Below, one piece after another: positions 45,220 through 55,454 of a DNA stretch of 64,000 bases; position 1 is the stretch's first letter, and every line of letters begins with the position of its first letter. This stretch comes from Candidatus Marinacidobacterales bacterium (GTDB lineage Bacteria > Acidobacteriota > Vicinamibacteria > Marinacidobacterales > DATDRI01), in contig CBDCNP010000002.1 in assembly GCA_965219415.1 (NCBI GenBank), forward strand, positions 3,264,001 to 3,328,000, read 5' to 3'. A program made the translations under genes and the position numbers. The notes beneath the pieces were generated by a model. The model was given only the letters and a program-made list of their open reading frames with translations. It was not told the DNA's origin and did not search any database.

Positions 45220-45443
45220 GTAGACGATGGCGATTCGCAATCCCAGGAAGACCGCGCAAAGTAATGGACGGCAATAGAACTGAGACAGGGGATAGGCGTT
45301 AGTGCATGAAATCTGTGATCCGCAAAAAAGAAGATCGCGTACCGCCTGGATCGACTTTTTGCGGAGCACAGGAGGTGCCAACGGGCGAGGGAGATGTTGG
45401 CGAACGGGTTGCTACCCTTGAACAATCCTTCGCCAGCGAGTCG

Positions 45444-45887
45444 ATGATGCACCACTACAACCTATCGACGCGCCACGTGTTCCAGACGCGACGCTCGGAT
45501 ATTCGCTCCGAGACGTTGGCTGCGTCGCGGTCCACCATCGAGGTGGCCACCCGCGGGCATGCGGTGCCGTTACCCGGATTCCCCGAACACTTTCTAAGCA
45601 TCAGGAACACTTGGCTCGGCGCAGTGGGCTGGCTCATCCAGGGACCCGAGCACCGGGTCATGGTTCAGTGCGTGACAGCCTGGACGATTGAGGGCGCAGC
45701 AAAGGGCGTGCGCTGGTTGGGGACGGAGCTACCGGAGGAGTTGGACTTGCCTTGTTGTCTGGTCAAGCTTGGACTACCCCTGCTTAAGGAGCCCGATTCG
45801 GCAAGTTGGCTTGAGGATGCCGAGCGGTGCATTAGCTGGGCGATGCTACCTACGCCTCCTCTTGGCAATGGCACAGGGTCGCCCTGA
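45444..45887 (+). CDS. Hypothetical protein, paralog A
   Basis: MMHHYNLSTRHV..WLEDAERCISWAMLP; close paralog at 49103-49509. Confidence 0.65.
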   Translation: MMHHYNLSTRHVFQTRRSDIRSETLAASRSTIEVATRGHAVPLPGFPEHFLSIRNTWLGAVGWLIQGPEHRVMVQCVTAWTIEGAAKGVRWLGTELPEELDLPCCLVKLGLPLLKEPDSASWLEDAERCISWAMLPTPPLGNGTGSP

Positions 45888-45896
45888 TGGGTGTAT

Positions 45897-46004
45897 TGAA
45901 CCGCCCCGGGTTTCCCGGAGACTCTAACTCTTGAGAGGATGGAGTCATGACAAGACGAAGCAGGTATTCACCGGAGGTGAAAGAGTGCGCAGTGCGGATG
46001 CTTT
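45897..46004 (+). mobile_element. IS3-family left-end remnant
   Basis: TGAACCGCCCCGG IRL followed by MTRRSRYSPEVKECAVRM. Confidence 0.7.
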
Positions 46005-46170
46005 GGTGCTTCCGCCATTAAGTGTTGGTGAGATGATGCTAAGACATTACGGTGCATTTAATTACAGCCAAAATAGCGCTCGTGACCTTCGCTGCGCATT
46101 AAATGGAGCGTAAACGCCTCTTTTGCAAAGGGATGCGTGCACATCACCAACAGTAAACAGCGCAAGCACC
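46005..46170 (-). mobile_element. MITE-A copy 4
   Basis: Reverse-orientation copy. Confidence 0.85.
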
Positions 46171-46399
46171 AGAGTGTGCACTAGGCGCCGTGCTCTGCCT
46201 GCGGGCGTTGATTGATCAAATTCTCGCGGCGGGGCAAACCAAGACCTATCGCTATGCCAAGCGATACCTTGATCGCCTTGTCGCACTGGATGGCTGCGTG
46301 AGGGACTACCGTGAGGTACCCGACCACCGAGGGTATCTGGAGCACTTGCGAGAAACGCATAGCCGCAAACGGAGCTTCTGGAAGCTCGTCGACGGGTGA
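46171..46399 (+). pseudogene. C-terminal fragment, DUF6880-like protein
   Basis: RALIDQIL..TYRYAKRYL..YLEHLRETHSRKRSFW. Confidence 0.5.
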
Positions 46400-46565
46400 C
46401 CGCCGTCCTGTGCCAAAACTCGGCCCTTTTGAAATAGACCACAAATCAGAAGCTTAGACGCCCTTGGAATCCGCGCAGAATCGAGGGTATTTCGCACCGC
46501 AGGGCTGGCTTCCGACCCCTGGGCTGCGGGTGGCGAGCGACAGGCCCACCGGGGGTGCGCACGGC

Positions 46566-46767
46566 GTGAAGAAAATCCGTTGCGCCATCTATACGCGAAA
46601 GAGCGCGGAAGAGGGTCTCGAACAGGATTTCAACTCCCTCGATGCGCAGCGAGAAGCCTGCGCCGCGTATGTCGCGAGCCAGAAAGCGGAGGGCTGGGTG
46701 CTGCTGCCAACTGTCTACGAGGACGGAGGGATCTCGGGAGGAACCCTGGAGCGCCCGGGCCTACAGC
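46566..46767 (+). pseudogene. Large serine recombinase N-terminal fragment
   Basis: RCAIYTRKSAEEGLEQDFNSLDAQREAC..YEDGGISGGTLERPGL. Confidence 0.85.
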
Positions 46768-46916
46768 TGTGCCTTCTATTTATTCATCCGCCAGCCCATG
46801 GGTCGGAAGTCAGCCCTGCGGTGCGAAATACCCTCGATTCTGCGCGGATTCCAAGGGCGTCTAAGCTTCTGATTTGTGGTCTATTTCAAAAGGGCCGAGT
46901 TTTGGCACAGGACGGG
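46768..46916 (-). mobile_element. MITE-C copy 2
   Basis: Reverse complement of 40911-41060. Confidence 0.75.
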
Positions 46917-47190
46917 ATACTCAACACACACGTTCCAAAACCTTCCGACACAGTGCGTCTCCATTAGCAGGAGCGGATCGGACGTTCGTGAGGCTGGCCT
47001 TCGTATCAGTAGGCCAGGAGCATTTTGGGGTGGTGTAGGAGTTGCGACCGCTGGCATCGTGATGATGCTACTTCCAGAACAAGCGAGAGTGGACATCGCC
47101 TTTTCGCCTCATGAGTTGCGCGTATCAAAGACCGTTGGATTTTAAGGAAAGATAGCACAACACGTTCTTAAATCTAGGAGAGAGGGTACA

Positions 47191-47409
47191 ATGCCAGACT
47201 TCCAGTTCGGTTCGGTACTGCATGAGATGTTATTTGTGGTTTCACTGTACGCATTCATGCGGGCAAACTATATCATCGTGCGTGAGGGACGTGAAGCTAA
47301 TGTCGGCCAAGGAATGCGTATTATGGCGGTGGTTTACTCGGTTGTTTTTGGATTTTACGCGATCGCTGGATTACTTACTGTCACAGGTATTGCCCAAACA
47401 CTCAAATAG
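47191..47409 (+). CDS. Small 2-TM membrane protein
   Basis: RBS AGGAG; 72-aa hydrophobic ORF, low GC. Confidence 0.5.
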   Translation: MPDFQFGSVLHEMLFVVSLYAFMRANYIIVREGREANVGQGMRIMAVVYSVVFGFYAIAGLLTVTGIAQTLK

Positions 47410-47414
47410 CGTCG

Positions 47415-47621
47415 CTAGCCAGTGTCCGCCTTGACTTTAGCGCGGTCCCACCGTGCCCGGACGGCTTTTCTTGCGATGGCCTGTCGCTGTTCTGGTGTGA
47501 GCTTGGCAGCGCGGGCCTTGCCTAGCATGACGGCGGCGGGGTTCTTGCCTTCGGCCTCTGCCTTGGCGATGAGTTCCAAGAGTTCGGCGCTTACCTGATC
47601 TGTCATTTCACGCCCCCCCAA
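47415..47621 (-). CDS. Small basic protein (ARAAKLTPEQR..IARKA motif)
   Basis: Motif shared with the next ORF. Confidence 0.6.
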   Translation of the reverse strand: MGGREMTDQVSAELLELIAKAEAEGKNPAAVMLGKARAAKLTPEQRQAIARKAVRARWDRAKVKADTG

Positions 47622-47708
47622 TCATCGGTTTGATTCTATCAGGCGTGGGCTAGCCGCTCAACTACCTTTGCGCATTTTGCTACATAATTTCCAAATTGAA
47701 ACTAGGAG

Positions 47709-47957
47709 CTAGGGTTTCCATCTAGCGTTAGCGGCTTTCCTGGCGATCTCGGAGCGCCGCTCTGGGCTCAACTTCGAGGCCCTGGCGCGGCCACCGACGA
47801 CGCCTCCCTTGCGGGCGCGTTCCGTCAGTTTCGGATTCGTCGGCTTGGCTGGCTCAAGCGGAGTCCCGTCCAGCCGCTCGCCGATCACCTGCTCCAATAC
47901 GGAGCGGGCATTGACGGCAAAATCGTAATCCTTGGGAAGTCCTTTGCGTCTAGGCAT
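47709..47957 (-). CDS. Small basic protein (GRARASKLSPERRSEIARKAANARW)
   Basis: MPRRKGLPKDYD..KGG..ARASKLSPERR. Confidence 0.65.
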   Translation of the reverse strand: MPRRKGLPKDYDFAVNARSVLEQVIGERLDGTPLEPAKPTNPKLTERARKGGVVGGRARASKLSPERRSEIARKAANARWKP

Positions 47958-48022
47958 GGTCGCGATACTGCCAGACGGCGAGGCCGGAATCAAGCCCTCT
48001 AATTTCAAAAGACCCCACTACC

Positions 48023-48272
48023 CCGTTGCTTGGTTCGCAGTCCCAGACGGTCCGCCTCGGCCTTCACCTGCCGGAGCGTTCCGTGCTTTCGGTACAGCGC
48101 ATAGAGAGTCTGGACCGTTTCGGCCTCAGCCTCGTTGATGCGCAGCGTGCGCCCGTCCTGCTCGTAGCCGAGCGGTACATGGCCGCCCATCCATAGTCCC
48201 TTGCGCTTGGAGGCAGCGACCTTATCGCGGATCCGCTCGGCCGTGACCTCTCGCTCGAATTGCGCGAAGGAC
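48023..48272 (-). pseudogene. Large serine recombinase middle fragment
   Basis: FAQFEREVTAERIRDKVAASKRKGLWMGGHVPLGY. Confidence 0.85.
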
Positions 48273-48438
48273 GGTGCTTGCGCCGTTTACTGTTGGTGAT
48301 GTGTACGCATCCCTTTGCAAAAAAGGCGCTTACGCTCCATTTAGCATGCAGCGAAGGTCACGAACGCTATTTTGGCTGTAATTTAATGCACCGTAGGGTC
48401 TTAGCGTCATCTCACCAACACTTAATGGCGGAAGCACC
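48273..48438 (+). mobile_element. MITE-A copy 5
   Basis: Same TIRs and body. Confidence 0.85.
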
Positions 48439-48760
48439 CAAATACGTCGACTACTATCATTCGTGCCGGACTCATTTGTCGCTTGAGAAGGACGCGCCTG
48501 AGCCTCGCCGGGTAGAGTCACCGGCGATGGGCAAAGTGAGAGCCATTCCAAAGGTCGGTGGTCTCCATCATTAATTACACTCGACGCGCTGCTTGAGTCC
48601 GATCCGCTCGGAACGGCTGCCGGACTTCGCACCAGCTTACACCTCTACCCCTGAGTAGAGTCGACGCCGGCTCTTAAAACGTCCTACATGAAGACGACCA
48701 AAGCATTCCGGTTGCAGGAAGTTCGCCAATCTCATACAGCTCGAGTTTATGGAAGGGACA
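48439..48760 (+). mobile_element. rve-integrase IS 3' remnant
   Basis: YVDYYHSCRTHLSLEKDAP..VGGLHH; trailing region repeated inverted at 50599-50707. Confidence 0.7.
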
Positions 48761-49102
48761 GGGACGGATCCGCAACAAGCTCCTCACACCTCTGTCGGCA
48801 AGCGCGAATGACGCTTGGCCCCATCGTGTCGCGAGAGCGACTTGGGGGCATTCTCAACTACTACTGCCGTGCTGCGTAGATGGTCGCCGGCGACGGTAGC
48901 CCCTCGGCGGGCTCGACCGGCGTAGCGTGGAAACAGCACACGCTTCGATATTCGCTCTCGACTAGGTGGTCATCTGCATGGTGACGACCCGCCCGCCCAA
49001 GACGATTGTAAAGCCCACGGCCCTTGGCCCGGTCGCAAACACAGACACTAAGTTGCTGATTTATGGCCTATTTCAAAAGGGCCGAGTTTTGGCACAGGAC
49101 GG

Positions 49103-49509
49103 GGTAGCAACGCCCAGCTAATGCACCGCTCGGTATCATCAAGCCAACTTGCCGCGCCGGGATCCTCAAGCAGTGGTACTCCAAGCTTGACCAGACAACA
49201 GGGCAAGCCCAACTCCTCCGGTAGCTCCGTCGCCAACCAGCGCAAGCCCTTCGCTGCGCCTTCGACCGTCCAGGCTGTCACGCAACGAACCATGACACGG
49301 CGCTCGGCTCCCTCGATGAGCCAGCCCACCGCGCCGATCCAGATGTTCCTGATGCTTAGCGAGTAGTTGGGGAATCCGGGTAACGGCACCGCCTGGCCGC
49401 CGATGGCCACCTCGATGGTGGACCGCAACGAGGCCAGCGTCTCGGGGCGAGCATCCGAGCGTGGCGTCCGGGCTACGTGGCGCGTCGATAGGTGGTAGTG
49501 GTGCATCAT
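49103..49509 (-). pseudogene. Hypothetical protein, paralog B (C-terminus clipped by IS end)
   Basis: MMHHYHLSTRHV..WLDDTERCISWALL. Confidence 0.65.
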
Positions 49510-50432
49510 CAACTCGCCGCCGCTCAATTCTGGGGCATCCTCGCCCACCTGGGGGCCTTTGTCGGACGCCGCCGCGTTGCCGTACTTCTTGCTGGGTTGT
49601 GCGCCGTCGGGGGAATCGAGCATCAAGGGCAAGCCTCTCTCCAGTACTGCTCCGCTCAAGTCTGATTTTACAGCACATCGGGTGCTTCCGCCATCAAGTG
49701 TTTGCTACACGGCTGCGGGCAGTGGTACAGGTGAGGAAGAGAGCGGGTTGCGCGCCCCAGTGAGCAGGAAAACCTCGATCCGCAACCACAAAGGAATCGT
49801 CGTCGCCAAGAAGATGTCTCGAAAGGTGAGTCGTCGCGTCGGGTGCTTCCGCAGTCAAGTGTTGGCGGCGGCCGCGTAACCTGTTCGCGTGCTAGAATTT
49901 TAGCCTGATTTCGAGAGGCGCAGTTCTTTCGTCGATGCCGGCTGGGCCGAGTTTTGGCACAAGACGGGATCTACAACTCGTCGGCCCGTCGTCTAGAACA
50001 AACCGCGAAGCGAATAGCTTGGCCGTCGTGTCCCAAAATACAAACGAACTCTAGGACCCGTGCGCCGGGCCGTAGCCGAGATTATCATGGAGAGCGCAAC
50101 CATCAAGGGCTTGGCAACGCCTTTGTGTTATTGGACACGACGGGGTTGGCCGCCAACACTTCATTGCGGAAGCACCGCTCGTTACCTTCGCTGTGCCCAA
50201 AATGTCCCCCGCCCCACGATTTCTTTGGACAGTGATTTGAGAAACTAAATCAGACGAGGATGACGATATGTCCAGAGGAATGAAGGGGGAATCTGTGGTT
50301 GCGCAGGGAGCCCGGAGGGTGACCGAAGTGCTCTCAGATTCAGCGCGTGGCGTCAAGGGCTGGTGGTCGTCGCGGCGCAAGGTGAGCTTGGTATTGGAGC
50401 TGTTGCGTGGAGCCGAACTGGAGACGACGAGC

Positions 50433-50598
50433 GGTGCTTCCGCTATTAAGTGTTGGTAAGATGACGCTAAGACTTTACGCTGCATTAAATTACAGCCAAA
50501 ATAGCGCTCACGACCTTCGCCGCGCGCCAAATGGAGCGTAAGCGCTTTTTTTGCAAAGGGATATGCACACATCACCAACAGCAAACAGCGCAAGCACC
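50433..50598 (-). mobile_element. MITE-A copy 6
   Basis: Reverse-orientation copy; truncates a transposase-like fragment at 50268-50432 (WSSRRKVSLVLELLRG). Confidence 0.85.
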
Positions 50599-51126
50599 GG
50601 AATGCTTTGGTCGTCTTCATGTAGGACGTTTTAAGAGCCGGCGTCGGCTCTACTCAGGGGTAGAGGTGTAAGCTGGTGCGAAGTCCGGCAGCTATTCCGA
50701 GCGGATCGCGTCGTGTCCAAAAACACAAACGCACTCAAGGCCCACGCGATCATGGCCGGTCTAGACCGCGCAATCAACGCTGGATCGACTTTTTGCGGAG
50801 CACAACCCGCAACAGCACCCAAAACTCGCGGTCGACATTCGAGAGCCGCGGCCGTTTCACTGAACGGGGGAGGACGGCGAGCTGCTGCCGAAGAGCGACA
50901 TTCTCGAGAGCCAGCTCGCGACGAGCCTTGAAGGCAGAGACGAGAGCGTGAACAAACGACGAAATCATGCCGGCATGGTGCCGGCAGACCGGAGACTAAT
51001 CAAGTTCGGTGCGCGCGGATGAATAAATAGAAGGCACAGGTTGCGGATCGAGGTTTTCCTGCTCAGTAGGGCGCGCAACCCGGTCTCTTCCGCACCCGTA
51101 CCACTGCCCGCGGCCGCGTAGCAACA

Positions 51127-52855
51127 TATCTGGACTCCTCTAGTCAAGCCCCTTTCTTTCTAGTCACGCCCCTTTCTTAATAAATCTTCCATCGAAGCTG
51201 CGCATCCATCGCGTCGTGACGAGTGGGTCAGACTGCAAACGTATCTTCGGCCTCAGTGAGGAGCGTCTTGGGTGCTCCGGGCCATGATGGAAAATCCGCG
51301 CGCGAGGAGCCAATCACTTTGAACGACCTCTTAGGGCCAGTGTTGCTATTGGCTTGACCCCGCGCCGGTCCGACCGGTACGCCATCAGTTGGATGGGTAT
51401 CGTCGCAGCCTATCTGGACTCCTCTAGTCAAGCCCCTTTCTTTCTAGTCACGCCCCTTTCTTAATAAATCTTCCATCGAAGCTGCGCATCCATCGCGTCG
51501 TGACGAGTGGGTCAGACTGCAAACGTATCTTCGGCCTCAGTGAGGAGCGTCTTGGGTGCTCCGGGCCATGATGGAAAATCCGCGCGCGAGGAGCCAATCA
51601 CTTTGAACGACCTCTTAGGGCCAGTGTTGCTATTGGCTTGACCCCGCGCCGGTCCGACCGGTACGCCATCAGTTGGATGGGTATCGTCGCAGCCTCTTTT
51701 GGAAGGGAAAAAGGAAAACACGAAAGTGGAGCCTCTAAATCTAAGCGGCCACCGGCGACTGGAATTCACTCTCGCGGGTGGAGACGGCCCAGACGATCCG
51801 GGCGAGTTTGTTGGCGACAGCAATCACGGCCTTGTTGTGTCCCCGCGAGCGGTGGACCTTCCGAGCCCAGGCGCGGAGCTTGTCGGGCGGGCTCTTGCTG
51901 ACGTTCGCCGCGCGGAGCACGGCGCGCCCGCCCTGGGTGAGGAGCATACGGAGGTAGGAGTCGCCACGCTTGGTGATGCGTCCGAGGCGGCGAATGTCGC
52001 CACTGGAGTTTTCCTTGGGAACTAGGCCGAGGTAGCTCGAGAAGCGGCGCCCCGATGGGAAGCGGCGAAGATCGCCGACGAAGCCCACGATGGCGGTCGC
52101 GGCCAGAAGTCCGATGCCGGGAATGGCGAGAAGTCGTTGGACTTCAGGAAGCTGCTTGGTGAGCGCCTTGAGCTCGTGCTCGATGCTAGCGCACTTGTCC
52201 TTGAGTTCTCGAATCTCGGAGCAGGCATCACGGAGATGCGAACGGAGCACGTCGGGCAAATCAGAATCAGCGTCTTCGACGAGTTCGAAGAGGGCGGGCA
52301 CGACGAAGTGAGCGCCCTTTGGGATGATGAATCCGAGTTCGCGCAGGAGCCCGCGTACGGCATTGATGCGTGCGGTCCGTGTGGAGAGCCATCCTGAGCG
52401 CAGGCGATGGAGCGCAGCGAGGGTGTGCTGGTGCACGGACTTGATGGGTACGGGAAGAAGCTCCTCGTTCCTGTAGGCCTCGAGCAACGCCTTCGTGTCG
52501 GCGCGGTCGTTCTTGCTCCCGCGTCGATACGGCCTCACGAGGTGAGGTGGGAGCAGGACGACGTCGTGTCCCAACCTTCGGAACGTCCTTGCCCAGAAGT
52601 GAGCCGAGCCGCAGGCTTCGAGAAGCACGGTGGCAGCGCTCTGTTTGGCAAAGAACGACACCAATTTGGGTCGACTCACACGGAGTTGCTTGGACACCTT
52701 CCCCGCTTCTCCCGAGATGGCAATCTCGAAGACGTTCTTTGCAAGATCCACAGCGATTGTCGTATCTTTCATTCGGACTCCTCCTTTTCGATGCGTATTC
52801 GACTGACTTTGGCACATCGATGCCGTCTATGTCAGTGGAGGAGTCCATTCCATCA
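51127..52855 (-). mobile_element. IS1111-type element copy 2 (51411-52855) with a 284-bp tandem duplication of its non-coding end (51127-51410)
   Basis: Flanks GTAGCAACA | CTTGATGGCGGAAGCACC. Confidence 0.92.
51741..52772 (-). CDS. IS110-family recombinase copy 2
   Basis: Protein identical to copy 1. Confidence 0.95.
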   Translation of the reverse strand: MKDTTIAVDLAKNVFEIAISGEAGKVSKQLRVSRPKLVSFFAKQSAATVLLEACGSAHFWARTFRRLGHDVVLLPPHLVRPYRRGSKNDRADTKALLEAYRNEELLPVPIKSVHQHTLAALHRLRSGWLSTRTARINAVRGLLRELGFIIPKGAHFVVPALFELVEDADSDLPDVLRSHLRDACSEIRELKDKCASIEHELKALTKQLPEVQRLLAIPGIGLLAATAIVGFVGDLRRFPSGRRFSSYLGLVPKENSSGDIRRLGRITKRGDSYLRMLLTQGGRAVLRAANVSKSPPDKLRAWARKVHRSRGHNKAVIAVANKLARIVWAVSTRESEFQSPVAA

Positions 52856-53334
52856 CTTGATGGCGGAAGCACCGCCTCCTTCACGTCGCACCGGCGTGGA
52901 GCCCACGAACTTGTAATCTAATAGACGCGCTCAACAATCCCAGCTGGATAGAAAACGCAATTTGGGGTACGCGCAGGACTCCCAGCCAAACTTGACAACG
53001 GGCTCAGTCGCACCAACGTTGAGCCGACCTCTGAGCCGGTGCCACCCACAGAGACTACCGCGTTTCATTCATTCGGGGTGGCCGTCAGGCCGTGAAAAAC
53101 TTGACAGTACCTCGGCCGTACCCAACAACGTCTCGCGCGCGGGAAAATCTAAATCTGTAAAACAAACTATTGAAGCGGAACCGTGGCGAACGGCTGGAGC
53201 CCGGAAACGGCGGGCGCGCCAAGCCAATTGGACACGACGAGATCTCTGGAGGAAAACTCATGGCCCGACACCATACCTATAGCATCGAGTTCAAGGGTCG
53301 AGGTCGAACTAATGGCCTCGATTTCGCCTATGAG

Positions 53335-54399
53335 CTAGCGGCGTCCAATCTCGACGTTCGAGTAGGTGACGCCTTGAATCGACTCCGCGCGCTCCTGAAT
53401 CCCGAGCTCGACGTAGTGCTGGCTCGGACTATACGATCGGCGGTAGTTGACGGTAATCATCCGATTGCCGTTCATGAAAACGTTGGCCTGATTTCCAGAG
53501 CCTGACGGTCCCCACGCAATATTCCAAGTGTAGGTCGTGGAGGGGTCCCAGTTCAGGAAAGAGTTGCCCTCGTCGTGCTGCTCACCTTGCGCAATCCATC
53601 TTAGGCGGAGATAAGGTCCGTTGTGCCTCGGGTCCAGCTTTTGAAGGTGCACGCGGAACGGGTTCGCCCGATAGTCCCCTCGGGTGGGGTCCCACATTCC
53701 GAACAGCATGAATTGATCGAGGCTGGGGTTGGAAGGTTGCATGCCCCAGGTGTCGAACTGCACGTAGCCGGAGACCACCGGACGGATAACGTAGCGGATG
53801 AAGTTATTCTTCTTCTGGACCTGCCAACCTTGGGACGTGAACGTCCCGCCCGAGACTTGCCCGATCGAGCCACCATTGGTGAGGGCATCGGTGAGGATGG
53901 CGTTCCCGTCGCCGCCGAGGATCGGTTCCGGTTCCTCGGGAACGATGAAGTTGGCGATCATGGAAGTGAGGCGAATGGTGCCTAAATCCGCGTAGGCACG
54001 CCAGAAATGCTTCTGCGCGCTCAGCTTCTTCTGAATCTGCCAGGACGTCTGTCCGTCCGAGCCTTCGGGGATACCCCCCGCCCTAGCCACGATGTCGTTG
54101 AAGCCGCGGTCGGACGCCACCTGGAAGGTGTAGGTCGGTTCCCCGTCGGTCGTGGCATTCTTGACTGTCAGTAACGGGGATTGCGAGCTGACTTCTTCGC
54201 CCGACTCGGGGCTGACAATTGCTGGTGGAACGGTACTCGGGGCGGTAGCTAGTGTTGGCTGGCCCTCGCTGCTTCCAACCTCCGTGGGAGAGCTCGAAGT
54301 GGGCGACGGCCCTTCCTCCAAGGTGCAGGCTCCGAATAGAACCACGAATCCGAGTGCGAATCCGGCTAAAATCAACTGTTTAAGTCGGTTGGCGTACAT
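53335..54399 (-). CDS. Hypothetical lipoprotein (Ig-like plus beta-sandwich domains)
   Basis: Lipobox LFGAC, Ser/Pro linker, YTFQVASD..YW-type Ig/FN3 pattern. Confidence 0.65.
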   Translation of the reverse strand: MYANRLKQLILAGFALGFVVLFGACTLEEGPSPTSSSPTEVGSSEGQPTLATAPSTVPPAIVSPESGEEVSSQSPLLTVKNATTDGEPTYTFQVASDRGFNDIVARAGGIPEGSDGQTSWQIQKKLSAQKHFWRAYADLGTIRLTSMIANFIVPEEPEPILGGDGNAILTDALTNGGSIGQVSGGTFTSQGWQVQKKNNFIRYVIRPVVSGYVQFDTWGMQPSNPSLDQFMLFGMWDPTRGDYRANPFRVHLQKLDPRHNGPYLRLRWIAQGEQHDEGNSFLNWDPSTTYTWNIAWGPSGSGNQANVFMNGNRMITVNYRRSYSPSQHYVELGIQERAESIQGVTYSNVEIGRR

Positions 54400-54561
54400 G
54401 CTCGCTCCTCCGTCACCGCCGGGGGGCTCAAGCTAGAGGACCATCGGCAGATGTTGGCAAACCTCGGATCCGTTCCGGTTTCCGTGGAAATAAAAATGGC
54501 GTCACCTCCTTTTAGCGAAAAGAAAAACTCGCTAGGAAAGAGCGAGAATGAGGATTACGCC

Positions 54562-54800
54562 ATGAAGAAGCCTACCACCATAACGTCCGGGTTGGTCAGA
54601 GAGTACCGGGGGTTCATAGAGCTACGACTTCGGAGACGAGTGCCCGAAGCGATCGAGCTGGTGATGGAGGAGGAAGTGGCCCAGGCGCTAGGCTGCCCAG
54701 CTTGGGAGCGCACGGAAGAGCGTCGCGGCTACCGGAATGGAGCCGAGATCCGTCGAGCGACCACGTCGGTGAGGACACGGGAGCTGCGCGTGCCGCGGGC
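54562..54800 (+). pseudogene. IS256-family transposase N-terminal fragment
   Basis: IELVMEEEVAQALG..ERTEERRGYRNG..ELRVPR. Confidence 0.75.
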
Positions 54801-55454
54801 GTCGTGTCCAAAACCACAAACGAACTCAAGACCGGCGTGTCGCGGGCGTTTTGGATGAGAGGTGTCTAGGCTTGGTTGGCAATGGGAGCTAGAAAGAGAG
54901 GTCTGCTCGGGCGCGCCTATCACAGAGCCAGTGCCGCGTCGGCTGGTTTCTGCGAATTTCGAGAACGCCTCTAGGATTCGAGCTTTCAGGCTCCGTTCGT
55001 ATTTTCGGACACGACGGGATGCAAGCGGCCTTGGGAAAGGCGCAAGGTGCTGACCCGCTGGGCATTCGAGTATTTGGACCACACGGGAGATCGAGACGAC
55101 CGAATCTCCTCTCGCAGGTAGTAGAGACACTAAACTGCTGATTTATGGTCTATTCCAAAAGGGCCGAGTTTTGGCACAGGACGGGGACAGGGCGTCAGCG
55201 CTTGGTGCCGCGGCCTTCGCGTGGGACGGTCAATGAAGATTCAGCCGATATCCTTCAGCTTGGGTTGGGCGGCCCGGCGTATCTCTGTAGCAGCGACGGC
55301 CGTGCGCTCAGACACGTCTAATCTGAAACGTCCCGGCGAGCGGGGCTTGAGTTCGTTTGTGTTTTTGGACACGACGGCAAACTGCTGACCCGCTGGGCGT
55401 TCGAGTATTTTGACCAGACCGGGTCAGTGAGCGTAATTCAGCACAATTCTCTTT

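Larger units (their letters stand above)
43458..45264 (+). pseudogene. Small coiled-coil plus acidic [AS]EPE[AT] pentapeptide-repeat protein interrupted by IS3
   Basis: RBS GGAGG; MKDNRMIAELISEFVAQLEKQL.. then 15-bp repeats on both sides of the IS; ends EVDDGDSQSQEDRAK-TAA at 45262. Confidence 0.75.

Noticed and set aside
45444-49509. Paralog pair as DGR TR/VR for the RT
   Set aside because: Differences span the whole gene and all four bases; the RT lacks the DGR-type signature
31697-50598. MITE-A repeats with unique intervening DNA as a CRISPR or integron cassette array
   Set aside because: Repeats are 165 bp, occur in both orientations and carry IS1 TIRs; spacing is irregular (kb scale); no cas genes, integron integrase or attC cores were seen
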